DNA from: Anthoceros angustus
Taxonomy: Eukaryota > Plantae > Anthocerotophyta
Length of the DNA stretch: 64,000 nt
NCBI GenBank assembly: GCA_010909165.1
Contig: MU008211.1
Span: 186,001-250,000, forward strand
Direction: 5' to 3'
The position numbers were made by a program, and so were the translations under genes. This document shows positions 26,145 to 38,224 of this stretch, piece by piece. Each line of letters opens with the position of its first letter. Positions within the stretch are counted from its first letter, which is position 1. Under the pieces are notes generated by a model, which saw only the letters and a list, made by a program, of their open reading frames with translations, had not been told where the DNA came from and ran no database searches.

Positions 26145-28018
26145 TGTGAGTGTGGATTGTGGACGGTGGTCCACATTCACCCTCAATGTCGTTGTAGGCT
26201 TAGGATTCGCTCCCAAGGGAATGGTTTGTGCGAGGCGCTAACTTCTATCACTGACCTTCACCTAAGTCACTTACTGCTACCACTTACCTATCTACTCAAC
26301 TACCTACCCGTCTTGTCCAACGGATCTTATTCCAGATCTTATTCCGACCCCGCAGCCACTCGTGGCTCTCACACTAGTGGTTGCTTACACCAGGTGGGTC
26401 CCACCAAACCCTAGCGACTTATCTGCGCCGGCGCCGCGGATCCCACAGGCGTCCACTGCTCACGGTCGGTTATTTTACTCCACACTTCATGCACACACCG
26501 ATTCCTAGGGACCAAAGTTCCATACCTCATCGCTCCACACACACACACACACACAAAGGCGCCACACACAATTTTCCACAAGCGTTGTTTTCCTTGTGCA
26601 CTTCCACTGCAAGGTTTGGTTTGGATCCACACAATCTCCTTTGTTAGTCCTCGCTCTCCTTCTCTTTCAACTCTCTCACACCTCGCCGTCTGTTCATCTC
26701 CTTCACCAATCTTCTCTCTCTCTCTCTCTCCCTCAATTATTCCCAGCTTCAACCATCCACTCAACACTTCTCTCTCAATTTGAACACAACTAGCGGGAAC
26801 AAGGGTGAAGGAAAGAAGAACCACGCGGCGGGCGTTACGAGCAAGCTCGGACCCGCCAATCCCTTGGTTTCCTCCTCCTTGTCGCAAAATTGCTCTATCA
26901 CCCCTCCTCCCAGTTGCGGAGCAAGCTCTCGACCACCCCTAGGGCGTCTCGCACACCACCTGTCAATCGGACGTCTCCAACCAGCCACAGGTGGGGATCT
27001 CAACGAGTTGCTCGATGTGAGGCAAGCCCCTTTATACAATTCTTTGGGCGTCATAGCCACGGACTTTCAGTCCTAAAAGCTGAGCAGGCGCCCTACAATT
27101 TCGGACGGCCTTAGGTCCAGATGGCATCCTATCCAAAGTTCTATTCCTAGGATGCCACTACTCCTGCCCATGTTATCTCCTCCCCTCCGATTTGGTCGCT
27201 GGCCCTTAGTCCTTTCTTTCTTTTTATGGGTCCTCCTTCCTCGTTCTTGATGAAAATCCTCCCATAAACTCTCCTTTGTTTTCCATGATCCCAAGTCCCG
27301 GCTCCCTCACCAATCCTCCACCTCGGACCCTCAATGGTCCATATTTGGCCATTAGGCGATTAATTCAGCTGCAACCTTGGGCGCCATGCTCTGCAAAACC
27401 CTCACGCCCTGGCCTCTTGCTGATAACTCGCCTCGGAATCTCAACTTGGTCAATCCCCAGGTTTCTTCCTTCCAGAATCATGAGCTCGCCGCCACGGGGC
27501 TGCCCTTCTGACCTCGTGCGAGCTCGTGCCACTGATGTCTGGAGCTACCCGTTGGCGCCTCGTGCCTTTCAAGTTCCCTTAGGGTTATATTTCCCGGAAA
27601 CTCTCGCCCTCGCGCTTCTACCACTTCTTCATGACCGCTCCTTCCTTCCACGACCGCCCACCGGTTCGCAACCGTCTTGAAACATAGTCCCGCACGCGAT
27701 CGGCGACCACACACCGGTTCAACTACCGCCGTTGGTTCGACCTCTAGCCTCGGACCTCTGCCAAATATGGGGACCCCCCCCATATATAGGCCTTTTATTA
27801 AATATTCCAAGACCAAAGGCCAAGGAGTATCGAGTTCATAGTCTAAGGACCGATTATTATTCAACCCGAAACAACCCAAAACTCATAGGCCAAGGACACT
27901 TTCTACTATAAATATCCCTTCCTACTCATAACCTAGCTCTTCTTGACACCAAACTTAACAAAAACAAAAAATCACTCAAGACACAATCAACAGGAGTTTG
28001 CAATACGGATCGTTTACA
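26145..28018 (-). mobile_element. 5' LTR of gypsy G2 (TG...CA)
   Basis: Starts 'tgtgag' next to the PBS and ends 'cgtttaca'. Direct repeat of 18980-21008. Confidence 0.85.
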
Positions 28019-29740
28019 ATTCCACTTGGTGTGTCCCATTGATAATGATTGAGCAATACACCACTGTCTTCTTGGCGAGATCTTGTGGGCTTGATTCTTC
28101 ACGGCTTTGACCTCTAACTCGGTCAATCGCTTGGTTAAAGCCTCCACTTGCCCTGCAATTCCGCCCCCTGCTGCAGACGTTTCTCCCTTCTCCATCCGTC
28201 GGACTGTCTTCCCCTTCCCCTCCTTCTCCAGTGCGCGTTCCGCCTCTTCTTGCCGTCTTTTGATCTTTTCTAGGTCCTTCTTCATTCGCCGTTCGTAGGC
28301 CCTCTCTGATTCTTCATCCGATGTGGAGCTTTCTTGAGTTCCGCTGTCCTCGCTTCTGATGAGGACGAGGGTGGATTTGGAGGAGGCGAGAGGAAGGCGA
28401 GGCTCGATCTCCTCGACCCTTTCCTCTTCTTATGACCGCCTCTTCTTTCTCCTCCTCCCCAGCGGCGGACTCCCATTCCTCGGATAAGCGGAGGCTCCTG
28501 CCAACGTCTTGTCCACGTGCGGTGTACCTCCATTTTTTGAGACAAGCCACTCCACGAACCAATCCAACGCTTGCTCTTGTGAGTACCCAGTGGGTGGATC
28601 CCGGCCTCTCGGGTGCACATTTGAACTCGATCCGGATAGTAAAACCTTTCCACATAATCAAGCGAGATTCTCGCTCTTCCTGAAGGGTCCTCAACCCAAA
28701 GTATGGTGTGCATAGTGAGCCCTCGGGCAAATTCAAGAGGCCTTTAGGCTTCCCAATCACACCGAATTATAGGTGCGACCATACCCTTTGTGCATGCCCT
28801 CTCGGTCCGGAAGATCGCGATCGATCGGCGACTCCATCCTCAAATTAAGCGTGGGAGGCGTGCTCAAAGTTCTTACAAGCGCCTCCGCGTCATCTCCCTT
28901 CTTCTTCTGCGAATTTGACGTATTCTGGCGGTTGTGGGTGCGGCCCTCCTCCTCCACCACTCCACTCATGTTGCTCGCCCGATCGTTCAGCTGCGCTTCT
29001 TCCCTCGGGTAGCGAGCAGTCGAGATCTTTGGGTGCTGAAATCCTCGACCAATGGAGGAGTAGCGACCTCCCTTGTGGTTCGTCCCAACAGATCGAGTTG
29101 ATCGGAGATTCGATCAAGGCGTTCATAGTCCTCGAGGCAGGCTGAAATTCCCCACTCACGGCGACCTCGTCGTCATTGTCGATTCACGGAAGTTGGGGTG
29201 GTCTCACCGAGCAAAGCGTCGTGGAAACTCATTTCGAAAAGGTCGGCGCTCGGAAGGCGATCCTCCTCTGGGATATCAATTTCTCTTCCACGACCTCCTT
29301 CCTCTCGCTGTCGGTGATCTCCGCCTCTCCTTCCTCCAAATCGTCCGTCTTTAGATTACCTCCTTCCTCGTTTTAAGTCAAAGCGACTTCTTCGCGATCG
29401 CCTTTCGTCTTCCTCCTAACGCCTCGGGTAGCGGCAACGACTTCTTCCCTCAGCGATTCGCCGCCAAAGCTCGTAAATCCCTTGCGATGGCGGGTGACCT
29501 CCATCTTGCGTCTCCTCGAGGCCGTCCCTACCGAACATCGCAAACATCCTCATGACCTCTATCCCCGTTGTTAAGAAGGAAGCCGTCACACCTTTGGTGT
29601 CTCGACAGTCACCCCTATGACAACTTAGACGGTGCGAAATTCCCTCTCCACAACATATGGTCGACCCTCAGTCCCTTAAAAAAAACGTTCCGCAGCCTAG
29701 CGATGGAAACCACAAAGCTTTAAACTTTCAACAACAAGTT
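28019..29740 (-). mobile_element. Gypsy G1 5' UTR and gag 5' part, interrupted by G2 at the zinc knuckle
   Basis: Gag-like motifs LDYVERFY, QEQALDWFVEWL, VEALTKRLTELEVK. Knuckle-like SMGHTKWNC is cut at the G2 LTR edge. Confidence 0.7.
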
Positions 29741-29756
29741 CCCGGCAACGGCGCCA
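29741..29756 (-). promoter_or_regulatory. Primer-binding site of G1, tRNA-Asp(GUC) (TGGCGCCGTTGCCGGG)
   Basis: 'cccggcaacggcgcca' equals the 3' end of plant cytosolic tRNA-Asp. 4-nt spacer to the LTR 'tgtgg' at 29761. Confidence 0.85.
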
Positions 29757-29760
29757 AAAA

Positions 29761-31055
29761 TGTGGTAGGCTTGGGGCAAGATCCTCCACTCTAGCGGCCA
29801 CTTATCCCAATCGCCGCTTACGTTGGGTTTCGTCCCGAGACTTGTGTGAAGTTCGAGGCCTTGCGATGGCCGTCGCTACTGCGAGACACAACTTCTCAAC
29901 CTTCTAAGCGAGCAAGGCGCCTCTACTCACCCTCTTCAGTGCGCCGCCGCCTTTGCTCGAAAACTACCAATCCCAGGCCTACAGCGACACACACAATTGC
30001 GAGTCACCTTAGCGGCGAGAGCCTATCACGCGCCGGGGACCCCCTGATCCACACCGCAATTTCGTCCCTACTTCTAAACCACTCTTCTCCACTCGGGGCG
30101 CTCTTTTACTTGCAGTTTGGGATTCGTCCCTTAGGCTGCACGCAGCCTTATTCGCCTACACTCTATTCCTCTACTCATCTTCTCATCCTCTTCCTCCTAT
30201 TCTAACCTCGATTCGCTTCTTGGCCGACTCGCCCACCTTTGGCTGGTCGGCCTCCACCGTAAGTTCTTCCTTGGGCGGTTGCTATAGTTTGACACGAAGG
30301 CGAGAACCTCCAGTCTTTCACATGTAGTCTACCCTCAAGGAGTTCACAGGCATTGCCACACACCCAAAGCAAAGCAATTTCACAACCATTCACAAGGGGA
30401 ACCTTTCGTTTAGGCACTTGCGACGAGCAAGTCCTCCACCAAACACTCTCGACCACGCGACTTCCTCTCTACCCGAATGACTGCGTTGGCTCACGGTAAC
30501 CTGAAATTCCTCTGTAATGGCAAAGGACTCGATGAGTGTGGGCGCAGGCGTGATACTTTGCTTTGTGAAATCCTCCTCCTCTTAGGAGGCCTTCCATTAA
30601 CCTCCTTAGGTGACCCTCTGAGGTCACCTTTTCCTATTATTTCCTACATGATTTAAGGCACGGCATCTAAGTCTACTATACGATTCCAGGTAAATTTTAT
30701 TCTAGCAACTTCACTAAGATCATCCTTAAAGGATGTCCTATCACCTATCCTTTCTATTATTCCTCTCATCATTTATGGTCTTTGACCATATCTAGTCTTC
30801 ACTCTCTTTGGGTTAGTGGCGCGTTAGATTTGGATTGGCTCCTCGCCCTCCTTTTGCTCTTGCCCTTCGATTCCTTGTCATCTTCCCAATTGTGAGGCAA
30901 GTACAATCTTGCCCCTTCCCCATCTCGGCAGCCACAGTTCCTCGGTCCTCCGGCAAGTAGCCCCCTCGCGTACTCCAGCGCCCTGTTGCACATTTTTCGG
31001 TGCGGCGGACTAGGGGTAGGTGACTTCTACCATGGTAGTCCTTCTCCCTTCTTCC
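29761..31055 (-). mobile_element. Truncated 5' LTR of gypsy G1
   Basis: Begins TGTGG, complementary to the CCACA LTR end seen at 12896-12900. Matches 2650-3935, then switches abruptly to block B. Confidence 0.75.
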
Positions 31056-31059
31056 TCTT

Positions 31060-32730
31060 GATTGAACAAAATTAGTGTCTTTGAATATGCTAGAAGCCCA
31101 AGATGAAGATGAGGTTATCCGACCTCAGTCGATGATCATGTTTCGAAACGGTTTGGTTTGACCAATATGTTGCCAAAATTAGATGCCTGCGATCTAAAGA
31201 GAGCAAATAGAGGCAATGAATCGAGTCCACATGGAGCTACCGCATGTCCCAAAGCGCCAAAAATGCGGACGAGGATGCAAGGGCGGAGCACCCGTTGGCG
31301 TCAAAGCTTCTCCGTTTATGATCTTGTATTGTGTAGCGATCAGTTTAATTCTTATGGAGTGCCATACATTTGGAAAGTGTGGTGAGACTAACCTAGTGAT
31401 TATAAAACATGTATTTGAGTGTCTAAAGGTACTAAACCCGGATAGCCACCATGTTTTAGGGTCTAGACTATCCTTTTCTTTGTTTCAATAAATCAAAACT
31501 TTTAGTTTAATTCAATGCATCTCAAGATTCGTCTAAAAACTAGTGAAACCACTACCCATCATTCTCCTCCTCCTCCCCTCCATGCCGAGAACCAGCAACC
31601 TTTGAAACAAGCTGGATGATGAGCACCTTGCACCCTCAAAACATGGTTTAGGTAGTCCACACCATCAAATGAGGTTTTTCAACCTGCGCTTCAACCACCA
31701 CTCCATTCTTGCGCATAAGCCGGCAGCAGCGTGCCACCTTGCAAATTAGCTCGTACATCGGCCGCCACGCACACATCGGCGAGAGCAATCCAAACAATAC
31801 ATACGCTTCTGTACATTGATATGATCATGAGCTCATAATTGGGTTGTGAGGCTTCCAATCCTCATAGCCCTCGCTGCGCTCCAGGCGATCGCGCCTTGTC
31901 ACTATCATGAGCAGCAACTACACTCGTGAATGAGATGCCTCCTATTCTTGGGTGTTCCCACTCCCTTGGTTTGAAAGATACCACGCTTGTGGCTTAGGTA
32001 ATTTCGCTCCTTCAATAGGATAAATGAAGTATCAAGGTAGGTGAGCTTAACTTGCATCGCGAAGGTGGTGTCGTCCATTTCTAATGAGATTCGTTTTACT
32101 CAACTTCAATTTGTTGATATTATCATGTATTTCATAAATGAGGACCATGACAATTACGGCACCCATTCCTCTATCCGTTGATGTGCACATTACGGTTTCC
32201 ATCTTCTTCCATATGGAGCGTGTATGAGTTAACGGTGTGCCCGTTCCTTGGATTTCTCCTCCATTGGTTCACTATCAAGGCTAGCACTATGCGTATCGCG
32301 GATCCGGACTTGTCCGGTATCAATGGGGCAAACAAGCTGCGTGCGTTTGGCTTTTCAAGCTTTTATTAGATCTGAACATGGCCAGCAGCTTGTACGGATC
32401 AACTACTTATCACAATTATGAAGCGGGGAGGAAGGAAGAATTGTTCCTTGGTCCTCAAATTCCATACCTCATAATTGAAGGAAACTCAAGGATCGTTCCT
32501 TGGTCCTCGAAATTCCATACCTCATAATTGGAAACTCAAGGATGCCGATTTGAAATACCCAATAGTGTAGCTCGACTATAGATGTCCCCGAGATACCCAA
32601 TAGTAGCTCGACTACATATGTCCTCGAAATACCCAATAATGGCTCGACTATATGTACTGCCCGCCACTTCCACCTTCCAATTCGGTTTAGTTCCTCGGTC
32701 TCAACCTTATGTCATAGGCGCTCGAGTTGG
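31060..32730. repeat. Second copy of repeat block B
   Basis: Colinear with ~815-2525, including the minisatellite. Confidence 0.8.
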
Positions 32731-32734
32731 GCCG

Positions 32735-34700
32735 CTTGCTACGCCCACACATGCCTAGCATGCTTATGCTTCGCGACGCTCCACAGGGGTATTTAGTTCC
32801 ATTGAACCTGTCACGTTCCTTAAATTCTATTATGTAGGTTGCAGGTATATGAGAAGGAGGCGGAGGCGCCTCACTCTTGGCTGTGCAGTGATGTGCTGGC
32901 AGAGGTGGAAGCGGAAGCACTTGTCCAGGCATAGGTCCTTTTCCGAGCCCTATTCCTTGCCCACCCACGGTTTCATAACTCCATATCCGTGATTTGGCGA
33001 ATCGACTCTGGTGTAGGCAAAGGATTCCCATCTCACTCAGGATGTGGGGGTTGAAATCTTGTCTGTTGGAGAAACTTGGGTAGGATGAGGCAAATGCTTG
33101 GACAGCAGGGAAAGCTGCTCCGGCTCCAGTGGAGGTGAAGTATGATCCTGTGGGGAAATTGCTGAACATGCCAAGATTACTCTGACCTGGTGTGCCTGCA
33201 GGATTGCTGGAATTACTGATCCCTGAGTTTCCTGCCGCGTTTGCTGCAGGCATGAAGGTGCCAAGCGCTCTGTGTGCTGGAGAGCTTGGGGTTGAGAGCA
33301 GCATGGCCGTGGATGTGCTGCACTGCGGCACTGGACTCGGGATCTCCGGAAAGCCAAGATCAACATCAGCATCTAAGCCCGTGTCACCAGAGTTTTCAGC
33401 CATGTTTTGGTGCAAAGTCAAAAGTGGTTTCTTTCTGATTGTGCGGTGTTGACAGGAGGCGGGATTCCAAGGGTGTTGGATGGCAAGCGGTTAGGAGGCC
33501 AAACGGCAGGTTGGTGCCGCTTGAAATCCCGTCCTCTAGCTGATGCCTGTCGCTTGGAGTCCCGTCCTTTCACTGATGTTTGCGCTCCCGCCCTTTCGCA
33601 GATGCTTGAAGAGACCCTACTCGCGACGCTTCGGATCTCCCTTGCTTGATTGCAGATTTGCCAAACAAGGGATCGGGCGATGCCCGCTTAGGTCACAGGA
33701 TGATGCGGCGATAGCCGTCGGCTATGGGGCCATCGCTGATCTTAAGATCCTCACTGAATCTCTTAACCAAGGCACTCAATTGTTCCTTAATCTCGTTGAT
33801 TTCCAGGAAAATTTGTCCTGTAAGAGGTTGTGTTCGCGTCGTATACCTGTACAGCATCACTTGGAGGTCTCCTAGGTTAGCAACAGGTTCATCTGGCACC
33901 TCACTAAGCAAGTGAAGCCGAGAGGCTTCCACTGCGAGGTTGTGCCTAGATGCTTGCTCACGACTGTTTTGTGAGTTTCGTCTGTCCTGTTGCGGTATCC
34001 TAAATCTGGCTTCTATGTCAGGATAATTTGGAGGAGTCAGGGGCCTGTGACGCCTGGGGGCCTGGGCTCGTGAAGTTCTGGTTACTGGAGGATTTGTGGG
34101 AATTTATGTTGAACGCCTCTGGCGATCCCTTTCCCTCACGTGCCTGTGAGTGATAAAGTTGAAAAAACTTCGCATGCCAGGCTCCCTATTTCTGTTCCTA
34201 CAAGGCATTTTGCACCAAAGATATATTCTGCATATCTCTCTCAGCAGTGCAGCGGAAACGTTTTTGCGTGCCTATAGGAAATTAGGAAGTACATATGTGC
34301 TATATTCCCCATTTGTGGAATTGGCACGAAAATGTAATTTGCAATTTGATGAGAGAGAAACTACGGAGAAGTATAGGACGATAATGCGTAGAATCTACAT
34401 ATGGTAGACATATTAGATTATGCACATTGTTGCATCCTGTACTTTTTAATAGTGATTCCTCTCATAAAAATCAATGCAACTAAAAATATCAGACGAGCTC
34501 TGATACCATGTCAATTACTACTAGAGAGAGAGCAAACTTGACAATCAATAATAATGATGAATAAAAATGTTCACAAAGAGTTGACCTTAAATACTAAACC
34601 CTAAGTGTTACTATGAATAACCCTTCAATATATATCTAACCCTAATCTAAGTAACGAGGTAACTAGTGGCCGTGGTTATAATAACCCCTGGGGTTTAACA
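32735..34700 (-). mobile_element. 5' end of a Ty1/copia element: 192-bp LTR (34509-34700), tRNA-iMet PBS (34497-34508), leader and start of gag; truncated by block B
   Basis: 'gctctgatacca' is the reverse complement of TGGTATCAGAGC. The LTR is bounded TGTCAA...TTAACA. ORF 32687-33421 ends in IEFKERDRFNGTKYP, resembling the copia gag N-terminal FNGxNY motif. Confidence 0.75.
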
Positions 34701-35161
34701 AACTGTCCAGGTTGGGCTGGTGCCGGAGCAGCGGCTCTCAAGGTCCGCAAATATAGCAGGATGCAAGCGGGCCACCTCTTTATTCCGCTTCTACTAGAAA
34801 CGTATGGGGCAATGGCTGAGGACTTTGACAAATTTGTCAAGTCACATGCCAAAACCTACCATCTTGGCGTGAACAGTCTTGAAATCCCTCTCGTACTTCG
34901 GTACTTCCGACAATGGGTTTCAATTGCCCTTCAACGGGTGCTCTCAACGGCGATCCTCCACAAGGCGGCGACAGTGGTGACGCATCTTCCTCTACCTCCG
35001 TGGTTTGCAAGCTGTTTATTCTTCCTGCATATGACATTGTGGGTGCAGTAGGTGACTTTAGGTAGGGAGCTCAGTTGCTTCTCTTCACCTCGACCCCCTG
35101 GTCCCCTTTGGTTATCCCTTCCTACATGGGCTTTTCCCATCATTTTTTCACCTCAATAAAA
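34701..35161 (+). mobile_element. 3' fragment of an RLE-bearing (CRE-like) non-LTR retrotransposon
   Basis: AAALKVRKY...GHLFIPLLLETYGAM...YFRQWVSIALQRVLSTAIL matches the K.KY...F.P...ET.G...SVALQR pattern of restriction-like endonuclease C-termini. Ends in 'caataaaa'. Confidence 0.65.
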
Positions 35162-35346
35162 TCTTCGAAGACAAGACTGACAGCGTACATACACATACGT
35201 ATATACTATATATGCAATTACAGTACGTACATATACTACTTAATGTTAGACACAGCTAGGTGTACGTGCTATGCTTCTTTGCATGTAGAGCTTCTATAAG
35301 CTCCCTTTTCGTCCTTCACCAGTTGTTGTTGCGTCGAGCAACAACG

Positions 35347-38070
35347 ATGGGGCCTGAGGAGAATTTTTGTTCGGAGGGTCGTCTCGAGGACGGCATGAAA
35401 ATTCACTTGCCTGTCAAGAATCGAAAATTTGTAGTGCGGGTGACCAGGCCCGCGGACGTCGAGAAGGGGCGCAGCACCTTGCCTGTTGTCATGATAGAGC
35501 AAGAGATTATGGAAGCTGTGAATGAGAATCCTGTGGTCATTATATGCGGCGAGACGGGGTGCGGGAAGACGACTCGAACCTCCTCAGGTATGTTTTTGTC
35601 CGTCTCAATTCTGCAGAGGTAGTGATTTTCGAGATTGTGGAACGAGGGGGATCACGTGGTAGGGATGTCTGTGGCGCAGTTTTTGTTCGAGGCTGGGTTC
35701 GGATCCATGCAGTGCAGAGGTAGGGAGGGCGTGATCGGATTGACACAGCCTAGGCAAGTGGCAGTCCTGTCCACAAGAAGTTCGGGTTCAGGTGCGGCAT
35801 GATAGAAAGATTGGCGAGAATAGTGCCATGAAAGTTCATGACAGGCGGGTGAAGTGCAGGCATGTTTCGTTGGCTGGACTGTGTGCTTGGCTTCAACAGC
35901 ATATTGGAGACGAGATCTTCAGCTCTCCTACCTCTTGGCAGACGGATTTCCTGCTGAGCAAGTATTCTGTGAAAGTGCTGGACGATGCTCATGAGCGGAG
36001 TTTGAACACGGACATCCTTATTCGAATGCTTTCCCGAATAGTTCGCCTTCGGCAGGTAGGGGATCTTGGGTGTTGGCTGGGATGGACCTGGAAGTGTATC
36101 TCAGAGTTGCACGTTTAAGATATGATGTGATGCACAAGGTGACCATCTCTGGTTGCATAAATGTGCACTCACCGTTAGGACGTGCATACAGCGACCCTGG
36201 CCTATCTCTGCGGTTCCTGAGCTGGCATTCCGGGACACGTCGTTTATGGTCCAGATACTGTAGACTTTTTTAGTTCATTGTCATTTGACATAGTTGGTGT
36301 TTATGCCATGCTCCCTGCTGTTGCACAGCTTCGTGTCTTCTCTGCTGAACCGAAAGGGATGTGTCTTGTGTTGTGCCAATGTTGCTGAGACTTCGATCAG
36401 CATTCCTGGAATAAGGTGTGTCATGGACAGTGGTCGAGCAAAGGCAAGAGACTATGATCAGACCAGCGGATCTCTAAGTTTGAGGTTCAGTGGATCAGCA
36501 AAGCTTCAGCTGACAAGAGCTGGCCGCACTGGACTTGGACACTGCTATCGTCTATATTCATACGCTCACTTCAATGACACATTCCATGCACTGTGACAGC
36601 TTTGTTTCATTTTCTCAAACTTGCAGCTGTTCATCTGAGGTGACATCTTTTATGAAATTGGTTGTGTTTCAGGTTAACAACTTTCCCTTCCCAACACCTC
36701 CTGACCTCACGTCTATGGTGGAAGCGGAGCAGTGACTGAAAGCTTTATCAGCACTCGACTCAAGGACAGGGTCTCTAACACCTGTTGGCACGCCATGCGC
36801 AAATGCTGCTTGCAGCACCTGAACAGGTTTAAAGTCTACTCTTCTCCGCAGCTTCCTCTCTGCCTTCTCTGTGGCTAAGGTGTCCGCTTCCTCGCTGGCT
36901 CTGATCTCAGGATCCATTTCTGTTAGACCTCCTTCCGTATCACCTACCAGTGGATTGCCATGCAGAGCATCGCAGGTAGAATCAATTGCTGAGCTAATAT
37001 CTTTCAAGAGTGGATTTTCAAGGCTCAGTGCAGCAACGGTGGCTACTGCACAGGCCAGAAACAAACTTGACGCACATTTTGGTTCATTAATGTAGTTCAT
37101 GCCAAGTTTTGGAATGATCGTGGTGAAACTCTCTGCATCATGTGATCACTGCATGCTTATGAGCATTCTGCGGAGAGTGAACTATTTTGCAATGTCAATC
37201 TACATGAAAGGACTATGCTTGAGATGTTAAAGCTCAGGCAGCAACTGCTACGGCTAGTGATCCATGTCAGTCCAAAAGCAGGGGCAGGGCCAGAAGTTGT
37301 CAGCAGTCTAGCTGAGAGTGAAACAGCCTAGCGACAACCTCATCTAAAGCTGGATGCTCAACTTGGGACACTCTTGCAGGAAGCTGTCTGGGCAGACATA
37401 GTTGCTCGAAAAGTTAAGTGCTGAGGAGCAAGCCAAGGTGCAGGATGGGAAGCAGCGAAAGGGTTTATGTATTATGTTTGCTTTGGTAGATGATTATATC
37501 TACATTCATCCGAGTTCAAGTGTTTACAAAGCAGCGCCCGCTTATGTTGTTTATAGTGACATCACGGCCTTACATGTGTGTTGTCTCAGCAATCCGAGGA
37601 AATTGGTTAGTATCTCATGCCAGTCCTCTGTGCACGTTTTCCAAGCCTGTGGCTGTTCCATCTTCATGGTATCATAGTAATTTTGATCAGATAATGTGTT
37701 GAGTTTCACCAAGCATTTGGCCCTCACCCATGGCTGGTTCCTCTGCACCCTTTCCCCATGAGGAGTGGAAACCTTTTTGTGGGCTGCATTTTTTGCTGCC
37801 GCCTTGCTGCATGGGAAGGTTCTACCTCTTGTGAATGGCATCCTTGCTTATCTAAGCGCAGATTCACACATTATTTTCAAATCAGAATCACTGGGTCAAA
37901 GGCGTGTGGGAGAGATAATTCACAAGCTTGGCTCAGGTTCTTCTGCTGTTTGCTCCAGGAGGCTCCTCTCTAATGCATGGGAGGTACGTGAGTTCTTCCT
38001 TTGTCAGGGGTACAAAGTGCACATGCGCAAACACTGGATGAGTGCAATGAGGGAAGAAGCAAAGCTGTGA
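35347..38070 (+). pseudogene. DEAH-box RNA helicase, DHX37/Dhr1/DEAH13(FAS4)-like, apparently disabled
   Basis: FVVRVTRPADVEKGRSTLPVVMIEQEIMEAVNENPVVIICGETGCGKTT (motif I); [15 protein letters not shown] (motif II altered); NVAETSISIPGIRCVMDSG; RAGRTGLGHCYRLYS; FPFPTPPD; IYIHPSS. In-frame stops and frameshifts are present and motifs III-IV are not seen. Confidence 0.85.
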
Positions 38071-38224
38071 CGCAGCCAGATCGCCAAAAGCAAGCCTTCT
38101 TGTAATGATGGAAGGTGCCAGGATTAGTGTTAGCCATCCATGTCTCTGGCCGAGCACTTTCACCCCGAAAGCGATATCCTCTGGCGGGCACACTTGAGCA
38201 CTGGCTAGTTCCTCATCATTTTTC

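Noticed and set aside
29741-29756. tRNA-Asp 3' end sequence as a tRNA gene
   Set aside because: Only 16 nt with encoded CCA, adjacent to an LTR; it is a PBS and no cloverleaf is present.
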